Assembly: GCA_043228905.1 (NCBI GenBank)
Contig: JBHGNT010000020.1
Span: 7,998,001-8,062,000 of the forward strand
Direction: 5' to 3'
Source of the DNA: Azolla caroliniana
Taxonomy: Eukaryota > Plantae > Polypodiophyta
DNA: 64,000 bases
Under the pieces are notes generated by a model that had not been told where the DNA came from, ran no database searches, and saw nothing but the letters and a program-made list of their open reading frames with translations. Both the position numbers and the translations under genes were made by a program. Positions 25,701 to 37,429 of this stretch are shown here, piece by piece (position 1 is the first letter of the stretch; every line of letters starts with the position of its first letter).

Positions 25701-27361
25701 GCAGATATGTACAGCTTTGATAGCCTTAAAACAAAACATTGGAACTGATTCCAAGATATAGGCATCCCTTTTTCCCAGTAGATTTTCCACACAAGTCCAA
25801 ACAGACGATATAGTAACAACAGAGGGACCATATATGCAGAATCCATAGTAACATCATTCCCTGCATAGGAATTATTGATGACATGGTGGCGCACTTATGG
25901 CACATATTACCATTGCAAGGATGCCCTACCTGAGCGAGTCCTGTTTCAAGTCTTCGGATTACATTTACACTGTCACTTTGCAGTTCTTGCATAAAAAACT
26001 TAGATGATATGACAGGTGTAAGTGGGCACACACCTGAGTACAGGCCTAGTATTTTATTTTTCGTACATTCAATGGTGATTATTTGCTCCAACATCAATAA
26101 ATAAGGAGAGTGGCTGCATTCATATATCCTAATTTTTCACTCAATCGATCATTTGACTACATGTTTTGTGAGAGATTATCTTCCCGAATTCGTGCTCCTC
26201 TTCTCTAAACATGTTTTACTCCTAACAACCAGCGTACCTTAAAAATGGTAAGTACAACACGCTGATTTATCTAGACATTGCTTCCATTTCTGGTGCCCAA
26301 TATGACAAAGCCAATTATTATAATTTCATTACTTGGATCAGGGATAGTTTTCATTACTAATAAACAAAATGCTTTTCCAAAAAGAGCATTCAGGGTTAAA
26401 AAAAATCAAATGAAGTGGGAATGAGAAGATTACCTGCAAGTAAGTCATTGTTGTGAAAGGAAAATGGTGTGGATCAGTAAGCGCAATCCTGTCTCCAAAT
26501 TTACGAGCAGCAGTTCCCCAAATATCAGGTACACACTGCCATTCATCCAACTTGACAACGGATGTGTCCCCTTCTAGCCCTTGAGCTGCTTTTCTTGAGC
26601 TATGGTCAACATCTCGCAAAGGCTACCAAGAGGAAACAGAATCAGCCACAAACAACGTGTTTCTTGAATAAAAAAGGTCTTCTTATTAGTGTTTCTTGTA
26701 TACAAACATGGGGGAAATCGCCAAAATAAGGGTATAGATTATGTCTGCAAGGGAAGCAGTTAGCCGATCCAAACAAAGAAAAGCACAACCCATTTAGATT
26801 CGAGATTAAATGAAGAGAGAGAGAGATTATGTTTGTAATGGAAGAAATTAATCAATCCAAACTAAGAAACGCACAACACATTTACAATCAAGCTTAAATT
26901 AAGAGAAAGAGATTAGGTTCGTAAGAATGACGGAAGAAATTAGTCAAACCAAAACTAACGCAAAGCAAAACCCACTTAGAATCAAGATTAAATGAAGAAA
27001 ACGGAAAATGAGAAAAGAAATGACAACCCAAAACATGGATATTTAGATTAGATTTAGAGAAATGGTGTAAACGGAGCTTAAGCAGATGAAAAGCACACAG
27101 CCCAATTACTAGAAGATTATTAATGAATGGAAAGAAGATTGCTCTGAAGCCTACTTGAACTGCACAACAGAGAATTGTGCGAAGGTATCGTCCACGGCGG
27201 ACATAGAGAGATTTCCGATGGTGAGTGAGAGAGAGCAGAGAGGAGGCTCGATTTTCAGGCCGCCCATGACTCCGGAGTGCAGGGGGAGCTCTGCAAACTA
27301 ATGAATTATCACTTCCTTTCAGAGAGCAAAGGCTGTGAAGGTGGGCAGAAACAGAGGACAT
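16731..27361 (-). CDS. AAE15: Plastidial long-chain-fatty-acid--[acyl-carrier-protein] ligase / acyl-activating enzyme 15/16-like, 18 exons, 728 aa
   Basis: Exons (minus): 27361-27155, 26622-26434, 24905-24791, 23149-23062, 22943-22738, 21940-21825, 21745-21596, 21405-21338, 20828-20723, 20629-20471, 20361-20308, 20215-20135, 19102-18965, 18874-18715, 18111-18032, 17736-17627, 17520-17463, 16832-16731; all phases compatible, 2187 nt. Motifs [72 protein letters not shown]; Ser/Arg-rich transit-peptide-like N-terminus. AAE15 vs AAE16 cannot be resolved. Confidence 0.93.
21912..22390. repeat. Three ~150-165 bp tandem copies spanning the intron 5 / exon 6 boundary
   Basis: TTTATGTGCTCA...TGCAAAATT...AAATACTGAGTA...CCCCTGGCT repeated three times. 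Confidence 0.9.
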
Positions 27362-27533
27362 TCTTCTGAGAGGGTGTGGTGGGAGTGGAGAGAGAAGGAG
27401 AAGCCAAAAAAACAAAAAACAAAAAACAAAAGGCGAGACAGACACGGTAGTTTTAATACATCAATGGAAAGCTTACAAGGTTAGGACTCAGGAGTACATA
27501 CATACATATATCTACAGTTCTATTCAGTGACAC

Positions 27534-27538
<5 letters not shown>

Positions 27539-27578
<40 letters not shown>
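27539..27578. repeat. (AG)n microsatellite ~180 bp upstream of the AAE ATG
   Basis: Perfect AG run; possible GAGA (BBR/BPC) element by position only. Confidence 0.9.
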
Positions 27579-27581
<3 letters not shown>

Positions 27582-29112
27582 GTGTGTATTGGTGGTATTG
27601 GGTGTTCCGGGGGGTGCCCAATCTGTATGTATGTATATATTTGGAAGTTGAGAGATGGGCTATTCTTTGGGAGGTCTGGTTGTTGGAAACCGTGGGATTG
27701 ATATCGCCTTAAGCCTGTCAAGGTTCAATTCGTGTTCACGGCTTGTAATGGTCATCTCGTATTAACGGCTCATGGATCATTTAGTGGTGTTAGTTCTCTT
27801 ATTGTCTTAGGTAAGTCAAAGGGTACTACGGTTCATGGGTCATTTAGTGGTGTTCGTTCTCTTATTGTCTTTGGCAAGTTGAGTGTGATCCTTTGATATT
27901 CATACAAACACGGTTTACAAAGGAGACAGAGAGAGTGACGAGAAGCGATTATGTATCTGCTACAATGTGAAAACATTTCCTTTAAGAAGCTCAACAAGCC
28001 AACCAAAGTTGATCGAATGGTGGTGGGTCCATAACTGCATTTGGAGATGACACCATACTTCACAACAACAACAACAAAAACCATTTTCTGATTTGTTTTG
28101 GAAGACGAAAAAACGTTTCGAAAAGTCGGGTGCTCCATGACGACTCTATTACTCGACAAGACAATTGTGCATGTGTAAATACTTAATTGAAGGTTGATGA
28201 ATATAAGCCCCATCTCATGTATGAAACGTTGAGGGCAAAAGTAGGGCATGGCAGGGAAGGTTATATATTGGATGATTGGGAGGAGATTCATTGTCATGTT
28301 GTCGTGATCTAAGCTCAGTAGTCCTCATATATTCTTTTGTGAATTGGCATTTAGTCGGGGTACAGAATTGCACTACTTATGATATGGACAATGTGAAAAA
28401 GTCATGCCATTCTTATGTTATCTTATTAGCCTTTATAAATAAATTAAGATACTTTCGTTGTCCTTCAGAAGCTATTGCTTTATAGATTCATGATTCTACC
28501 ATATTCGAATTCCATTATTCGATTAGTGCCATGGTAAAGCTTGCTTTGTGTCAGATAATTTATGCTTATTACACAAGAAGGCTTCACTATTTCAATTTGA
28601 TGCCACTAGCATTTTTTCCCAAATGCAATGATTGCATTGCCTTCTAGGCTGACGGCATTGTCGATTAAAAGTCAACACACACACAAAATTAGCACGAAAT
28701 TTAATATTTCTCTTTGATTTAAATTGTATAAAAAGTGAGCCATGTACCATGTGACCTCAATTTATAGAATGGACTTTGAGTTTTATATATTGTCATTCTA
28801 TTTGATATTCTCATATGAGTATACGTATAATATGGTATAATGTATAATTATAACGTTTTGGATCGAATAGAAGTGCGACAAAAAGTGTGACACAACAAGA
28901 CTTGTTTTACTAGATTAATCAAGTAGATATTCACATAATAATATTTATCTTTGTGCACATCCTAAGGTTAGAGTAAGGTTATGAGTTTTGAGCTCCCTAT
29001 CAACATAATTGTTGACACCCATACTTTTCACACAAAGGCAACAAATTAATTTTCCTTATTTCTTTTTCTACTCATTAGGAGATTTTTAAAACTTAATATA
29101 AACCTCATGTAT

Positions 29113-29113
<1 letters not shown>

Positions 29114-29149
<36 letters not shown>
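29114..29149. repeat. (AG)n microsatellite
   Basis: Perfect dinucleotide run. Confidence 0.9.
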
Positions 29150-29156
<7 letters not shown>

Positions 29157-29348
29157 GGAGGTGGTCATGGGTTCAACCCCTACATTTCACGATGGCATCT
29201 AGTGAATTAAGAGATATGTACGAAGTATCTAATATCGAGGTGAGAAAAATTAGGTTTCAAATCCAAGATGTAGTGCTAGACACTGCTAGTATTGTGAATG
29301 ACTTACCACTAGGGTAAGCTAATTTTTTTAATGATAAAAATCGACAAA

Positions 29349-29799
29349 GAGATAGATAGATAGATAGATAGATAGATTATATTATCGTCTTCGGAGGTCA
29401 AATATGACCTATGAGACCAAAAATATTACATTTCACGTGATATGTGTGAAAGTGAGTAGTGACTCTCGATACTCAAGAACTTTACCAATGAATGTTGCAA
29501 TCAAGAGTGCACATTGTGGTTGTGAGAGGAATTCGTGCAAGGATTGGGCTCGGTCGAAGAGATGTGGAAAGCATGGTTGAATATGATCAAAGGCAGAGCA
29601 TTGTATCAAAGTGTGATACTCAGACTCGTGAACTTGTTTAGGGCAAAGTGTGCATAGCCGACCACTCTCATCTCTTGTGCCCCAACACCCTGTCTCACAT
29701 CGCAATGCATGTGAGCTAAGTCGCATGGAAGCAATGGTTCGAATGGCAGATAACGGTATGGGCTCTAACATGTATCGATGTGTACGATTTCCTCGTTCC

Positions 29800-29801
<2 letters not shown>
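29349..29801 (-). mobile_element. 5'-truncated non-LTR retrotransposon 3' end (C-terminal CCHC domain, (TATC)n tail)
   Basis: ORF 29433-29945 contains IASMRLSSHALRCETG..RLCTLC..ESEYHTLIQC; 3' UTR followed by (TATC)n; similar 3'-UTR stubs at ~29855-29920 and ~30245-30285. Confidence 0.7.

Positions 29802-29853
<52 letters not shown>
29802..29853. repeat. (AG)n microsatellite
   Basis: Perfect dinucleotide run abutting the LINE fragment. Confidence 0.9.
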
Positions 29854-29858
<5 letters not shown>

Positions 29859-31279
29859 TATATCAACGTCTTTTAAGAGGCCAAAATGGCCTATAAGACC
29901 AAATAAGAAATTACATCTTAAGTGTTGTCTCGTCTTTGAGAACAAATCAAAATAAAATAAATATTACACAGTAAATATAGCGACTCTTGCTATCTCTTCC
30001 GACACTCCACCTGATTCATAGATTATTCGGCCTTGCTAAACTACAAATACCCAATACTATGGAGGTCCTTTGCCTGATCCCATGCGTGTTTTAGCAAGTC
30101 TCATGGTGATTGGTTTGTCGGGAAAAATTCGTATCCATAGTTTAATGAGTCGTAGTAATCTACAAAGCTTCACCATTCTAGGGGTGGACACGTTAGGTGG
30201 GACAACTTCTTGAGAGAGAGAGAGAGGAGAGAAGAAAGAAAAGAAAGATATATTAACGTCGTCTAAGGCCAAAATTGGCCCACATGTGTGCATGTGTACC
30301 CACATAAACATACATAAGCCATTATGCAATATAATAGGACAATGGTTATTGTAATACATTTATCAAAATCGTGGCATTATAACCTTACATTCAAGTGTTA
30401 TAGTTTGGTATGATGGTTCCAATATTACATTCATTCATTCCTTCTACATTCATCTTTTTGCTCTAAGATCAATGCCTTGATCATTAACTACCACTTCTCG
30501 CCTTTCCTATTTATTTTATACCATGACATAGACATTGACATGCAAAAGTGCAATTTGAAAATCACATATGTTAAACACATACCGAAGGGGACCCCATCAC
30601 TTTGATTTCCATTCTAGATTGAGATTCTCATAATATAGTATGGGTGGTTGTTAAATATTCAAGAAACAATGTAAAATATACTTAGCACAATTTCATATAT
30701 TCTAGCTTAAAATTCACTTATTGACTAGTCCATTTGGCATAATTTCATATATTCCAAATTAAAATTCGCGTATTGACTAGTCCAAATATATTAATAAGAG
30801 GTTGTGGGATTGTTTCAATATAATAACATTCAAGGTTTTGGAATAAACGTCACGTATATGTATGGAAAGTAAAATTTCTTTATAACGATATCTAAGTTAT
30901 GTTTATTTTTGGAAAATCACATAGGTTAAGATGTACTCAAATGCCCAATTGGTCATCTTCACATTAGTAGAGATAAGTACGACACCAAAATGCACCTAAT
31001 TATTTTTTATTGTTTTGGATCAAATTAACATCCTGGAAAGAAGTTATTGTCAACATTTTTCATGCACGAAAATAGCAACAATTAACCCTATTGGAAATAT
31101 GAAAACAACTAAAAAATTTAACATGTATACAACAATGTCCATGTACTCCCTAAAGGATGGTTCATTAAAGTTTCATCTTCAAAGCATAAACACATTTAGG
31201 AAAATGTAAATGAGAGAGAGTCAAATACTACAAATACAAAATAATAAACAAAAGAAAAGGAAGGATATTATAGGCATAT

Positions 31280-32280
31280 ATTTCATGTTATCTCGTTCTT
31301 AAGTTTTTTGTAAGAACCACCACATTTTTGCTATTTAGTTCATGGGTTCATGGTAGTCCAAACAAAAATATTCTTACTCTACATTGATATGTTTTAGAGT
31401 GAGTGTCAATATGCAAGATATGTTGTTGGGAATCTTCGAGCATTGGTCCACCTAACATGTATGCTCAAGGCTATTATGTCCTTAATGCCATTGTCGATAT
31501 GATGTCTTTGAATATGGTTCCACAACTCCTCCTCAGTATGGCATGCTCTCTTGTTAGTCTTTTTGTCACAACAACCACAATTTTGATAGTTTGTTCATAA
31601 GCTCATGATAAAGTGAACCAAAATCTCCTTGCCCTATTTTATGCGTTTTGGCGTGAGATTTTATTTATTTCTTCAATATGGAGCACATAGTGTTGGTGTC
31701 TTTAAGCATTGATCTAGCCAACATTTTTGCTCAATTCTAGTTGTGGATCTTTACGTTTGAGTGTTCCACTGTTATGTTGTGTTGTTCATGTCATTGCACA
31801 TATAAATGTTTTCAATATGATTTCATGATTCCGAGTATTCCATGCTCTTTGGCTCTTAGTCTTTTTGTAAAGATCTCCACATTTCACTAATTTTTTCATC
31901 GATTCATGATAGTTTGAATTAGAATCTTGTTTCCTTATTTTGATATGTTTTAGAGTAAACTTTTGTTTCTTTCATCAATATGGAAGATATGGTGTTGGGG
32001 GTCTTCAAGCTTTGGTCCATCTAACATTATGACACAATGCCATTTGTGGATCTCTCTAGTTGCATTTCCCTTATGATTGTGCTCTTTATGCCATTGCATA
32101 TATAAATTCTTCGATATGCTCATGATTCCTTCCAAATATTTCATGCTTCATTGTTCTTAGTCTTTTTTTCATAAGCACCACAATTTCACTAGTTTGCTCA
32201 TAACTTCTTACGCTATTCTAAAATGTTTTAGAGTGAAGGTTTGTTTCTTTCGTCAACATTGGAGGATATGGTGTTGAGAG
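31280..32280. repeat. Old degenerate tandem repeat, ~260-300 bp unit, ~4 copies
   Basis: Recurring blocks TTAGTCTTTTTG..CCACA(A)TTT..TTCAT..CATGATA and TTTTAGAGT..GGA..ATATGGTGTTG. Confidence 0.55.
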
Positions 32281-32455
32281 ACCATGTTACTATTATAGAG
32301 AGTCCACGACATTTTAAAAAATAACTATAGTTGTGGATTTAGATCAATGAACTTACAAATAAGGAATTCTGGATTTTAACATTGGACCTAGAAGAGTCCA
32401 AGCTTAGTTCACATGAAACCAAAATTTGTTTTTTGAAGAAGCTTTTGTTGGTGAT

Positions 32456-32755
32456 TGTTGAGAATCAAGCTCAACCTAGTCTAGTGTGTGACCACACCCT
32501 TGAGAGTGTATTAACACTCAAAGGTCAAAAGTCACACTACCACTCTTGAGACATTAACTATGTGTCATAGCATCATATTCTATGACTCTCCCCATGACCG
32601 ATAAGCTTCGGTAGTTAATGAAGATAGAGGGTGACTATATAAAGCACCCTCCTCCTACTTTGTAATGTGTCGGTTAATCTCCTTTGTAATATACAGATTC
32701 TTCAGTATTCTATTTTCTATCCCATCTATCTTGTGTCTCTCTCCTCTCCTCTTCT

Positions 32756-32811
<56 letters not shown>

Positions 32812-32861
32812 ACACATCTCTAACCTATTCCGCTGCACAGAATCACCATTGATTCTTTTCA
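32456..32861 (+). repeat. 5' LTR (contains (CA)n)
   Basis: TGTTGAGAATC...CTTTTCA; matches 36426-36828. Confidence 0.93.
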
Positions 32862-35800
32862 TGGTATCAGAGCGAGGTTGGTAGCTCGATCTAGCCCATC
32901 CGCGTGTATTGTGTTCTACGTCGACGTTCAAGAAGAATCGGCTCATCGCAATCGTAGTGCGACTACATAGCTCGTATTCAAAAGAGAAGAAGAAGGAAGA
33001 AATCTACATTGAACACCATGAATACTCAAATGGGGAGCGCTCTCCCTAGCGAGAAGTTGGACCAAAACAACTTTGCATCTTGGGAGTACAAGATGCACCA
33101 ATACCTTGTCGGTCAAGGTTATTGGAGCTACATCAAAGGAGCACAAGAAAAACGACCCGACCCAAAGGACACCGACTACTCAACATGGGAGCAAGCGGCG
33201 AGTCGAATAATGTATTTATTGGCGACATGTGTTCATGACCACATGCTCGACTACATTCGAGAAGTGGAGACGCCGAAGGAAGCATGGGAGAATCTTAGGA
33301 AGATTTTCGCGGCCAACACAATCACAAGAAAGCTTCAACTCCGCCAAGAGTTGAATAATATCCAACAAAGGGATATGTCCATCACAAGCTACACCTTGAA
33401 GATCAAGAGCTCTATGATTCACTCGGCTCAATAAGCCTCAATGTGGATGATGACGAGATGGTGCAAATATGCCTCGACGGCCTCACACCACGGTTCGACG
33501 CAATGAGAATCCCCGTTCTAGCAAGGGAGAATCCTCCATCTTTCTTCAATCTTCAATCAATGCTATTGGTTGAAGAAAATCACAATCGAATTAAAAGTAA
33601 TGCCTCGGATGGATTGAAGGAACGTGGGCAACATTTGAGAAGTTAAAGGAGAAGTATTGGTGGCCGGGAATGTACAAGAATGTCACCCATTTCGTGGGGA
33701 TGTGTGAAAGCTACTAGATACACTCCAACATACGCCATAGGGACGAGTTGCACTCGACCTACCCAGGCCGATTCGGCCAAAGACGAGGCAAACGAGGTCT
33801 AACCTATGAAAACAACTCCCATTACCAGCAAGATGATGCAATTGAGAGCTATGGCATAAAAGAATTGGCAATATCAATCTCAACAAACTCAAGGCGATGC
33901 AATCGAAAGGAGTCGTCATCGGGCTCCCGAACTTCAAAGAGAAAGAGATTGAAGGAGTATGTGAAGCATGCCAATTCGGCAAGCAACATCGGCACCCATT
34001 TCCAAAGGAGCGAAATGTGAGCAAAGGCCTCCTAGATGTGATCCACTCGGATGTGTGGGAACCAGCACAGACGACCACATTCGGAGGACGTTGGTACTAT
34101 GTTACCTTCATCGACGACTTCTCTAGACACACATGGATCTTTCCCATGAGGATGAAGAGCAAAGTGTTTACACACTTCCAAAAATTCAAACGCGAAGTCG
34201 AAAAGACAATTGGTTGCCATGTATGATGTCTTCGGTCGGACGGAGGAAAGGAATACTTCTCTGATGCATTCACGACATACCTTCGCCAAAAAGTAATTTG
34301 GCGAGAATTCACTAGCTGACACACACCGCAACAAAACAGTGTAGCCGAACGCAAGAATTAGCACATCCTCGAAGTAGTAAGGGCCATGCTGAACAAGAAG
34401 CATATGCCCAAGTCATATTGGGCAGAAGCTACAAATACTGTTGTCTACCTCATGAACCTGTGCACAACATCTGGAGTGCATGAGGTCACCCCGCACGAGA
34501 AATACTATGGGAAGAAGCCGGATCTATCCCATGTAAGGATATTCGGCTCCATTGCATACGTGCACATCCCCGACGAAAAGAGGAAAAAGCTAGATCCCAA
34601 GTCAGAGAAATGTATCCTTGTAGGATACTCACTAGAGCAAAAGGGGTACAAATGCTTCAACCCCTCTACATGGAAGGCTCATGTAAATCAAGATGTTGTC
34701 TTCGACGAATCGACATCACGGTACGAATTGGAGTTGACTCTTCCCAAACCATTTCCAGTTGACCCGAACTTGACCAACCAAGAGATAGAAGACAAAGATC
34801 GACTAAGGCATATGTTCGAAGAAAGGCTGATCACGATGAGGCTCAGTGGGCCACAAGAGCCCCTGAGCAACCAAAGCACATCTCGGACGAGTCTGAAGAT
34901 GGAAAAAGGGAAGGCCAAAATGAAGACGATCAATTCGACGACAATATATCAACTCACTCACTCGACAGTGAGTTCGGTGGCTTTGATGTGCCTCTTATGA
35001 GGCCACCCGAAGTTAAGAAGGCAATTACACCGACAAATGAGAAACTCTGTCGCTCCACCCAAGAGAAGAATCTGGTTAGCCGATTTGGCTACAACGACTA
35101 TATGGCATATCACTATGCCTTTATGATGAAGGTGGTAGCAGATCGTGAACTGGAGAGCTTTGCAGAAGCAGACAAGGATCCACGATGGCTTCGAAACCAA
35201 CATCCATTTGAAAGCAGTATGTCAACTAAAGAAGCCACTCTAAGGCCTTAAGCAAGCACCACATGCTTGGCACTCGAAGATAACACAATATCTTCATCGA
35301 ATCGGCTTTAGAATGTCAAAATCCAACAACTTTCTCTACATCAGAAGCGATTCTGGAAACTTGATTGTCATCATCCTATACGTGGATGATCTAGTCATTG
35401 GAGGTGAAAATCTAGTTGACATCAACAAGGTCAAGTCCCTCCTCTTCGACAAATTCAAGATGGCGGACATGAAGGAGCTCCATTACTTCCTTAGCATCGA
35501 GGTAATTCAGACTCCAACCAGCATTATGATCTCTCAACGACACTACATCCTTAACTTGTTATACAAGTTCGGGATGACTGAGTGTAAGTCTGTGGCAAAC
35601 CCTCTCGATCGGAATCTGAAGCTAACTACTGACTACGGCACAGAAGAGTGTGAGCCGATTCAATACCAATAGCTGATCGGGAGCCTCATCTATCTCACGA
35701 TCACTCAACTTGACCTCAGCTACCCGGTTGGTCTCCTTAGCCAATTTATGCAAACACCACGTGACATTCACTTGGATTGCGCTAAGTGAGTGTTACGATA

Positions 35801-36425
35801 CATGAGCGGCACAATGGATTGTGGGATTCTCTACAAATCGGCCACACCAATTCGACTCGAAGGGTATATAGATGCCGACTGGGCCGAGTACAAAGGCGAT
35901 CGACAATCAACCTCTGGTTTCGTCTTCTCCCTTGGAAGTGGGGCCATCTCCTAGAGTATCAAGAAGCAACCAACCGTCACTCTTTCGAGCACAGAGGCCG
36001 AATACAAGGGTGCAGTAGTGGCTGCATGTGAAGCCATATGGCTCAAGAGGATATTAAAGGATCTGGGCATTCCCATCAAAGATCTGATTCCCCTTTACTG
36101 CGACAACATGAGCAATATTTATCTGGCTCGGAACCCGGTGTTCCACGCATGCACGAAGCATATCGAAGTGCACTATCACTTCATTCGAGAGCGCGTTCAT
36201 GTTGGAGATGTCGACCTTCAACACATCAACATGAATCTATAGACGACTGACATCTTCACCAAAGCCCTAGGAGTTGACAAGCTTCATCAATTCATGTCAG
36301 ACCTTGGTTTGATGATCCCTGACTTGCCAAGCTCGAGGGGGAGTAGAAGAGAGAACTAGATACCGTCCTAACCGGGTACCAGCTGGTACCGAAAGGAGCC
36401 GACCCAAGTTGAGCTTGAGGGGGTG

Positions 36426-36828
36426 TGTTGAGAATCAAGCTCAGCCGAGTCTAGTGTGTGAACACACCCTTGAGAGTGTATGAACACTCAAAGGTCAAAA
36501 GTCACACCACTACTCTCTACACATTAACTATGTGTCATAGAATCATATTCTATGACACATAACTAATGTGTTTCCACATTCCCCATGGCCGATGAGCTTC
36601 GATAGTTAATGAAGATAGAGGGTGACTATATAAAGCACCCTCCTCCTACTTTGTAATGTGTCAGTTAATCTCCTTTGTAATATACATATTCTTCAGTATT
36701 CTATTTTATATCCCATCTATCTTGTGTCTCTCTCCTCTCCTCTTCTCAAACACACACACACACACAGACACACACGACACACATCTCTAACCTATTCCAC
36801 TGCACTGAATCACCATCGATTCTTTTCA
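36426..36828 (+). repeat. 3' LTR
   Basis: Follows PPT; matches 5' LTR with indels. Confidence 0.93.
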
Positions 36829-37429
36829 ATGATATATAAGCACCATGGGTATCTCTGATGTATGTCCTTTAGTTTTCTTAGTTGTACCTCATCTTATGGA
36901 GACAACCCTTAGTTATTCGCAATGTTTTTTGAAGGAGCTCTATAGTTGGACAAAATTATGACCTTGATCAAAGATCCAAGGCTTGTTTGGGATACTCTAA
37001 CAGGAAACATGCAACAATAAAAAACCTCAACAACCTAATGTGAAGATATTCTCCAAGTTCATTTTATGCATCCAAGTTCCAAAAAGTTGCTTCAAGTTGT
37101 ACTTAAGACAATATTACACTCTCAAACTATTCTAAGAGAGGTCTCGATGCATTGTCAATACATGTTGTCTATTGATGATCCAAGTACTCTCGAAGAGGCT
37201 ATTAAATAAATGTTAGGTGTGATAATACATTGGTAGAAAAATTGAGATGTAGTGTTGGTCTTTGTTCCATGGACAATGATGACCCCGATTTCTACTTTAG
37301 TCATATATTATGAAGTAAAGGGTTCAATACCAATGAAGGTGAATTCTTTAATTTGTCAATGTCCTTCGTCTTCTTCTACAAAAGAGGTGTTTGAAAAAAG
37401 AAAATCCATGTTTGGATTATGAAGGACAG

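Larger units (their letters stand above)
32456..36828 (+). mobile_element. Complete but degenerate Ty1/copia element
   Basis: LTRs 32456-32861 and 36426-36828, PBS 32862-32873, PPT ~36415-36425, TSD GTGAT/ATGAT; gag, INT, RT (YVDD), RNase H with many stops and internal deletions. Confidence 0.95.

Noticed and set aside
26894-27445. 183-aa ORF with upstream GTG start
   Set aside because: It is exon 1 plus 5' UTR and intron read-through; ATG 27361 gives a transit-peptide-like start and family-typical length
27833-28485. 154-aa and 69-aa ORFs upstream of the gene
   Set aside because: No recognisable motifs, splice structure or family resemblance
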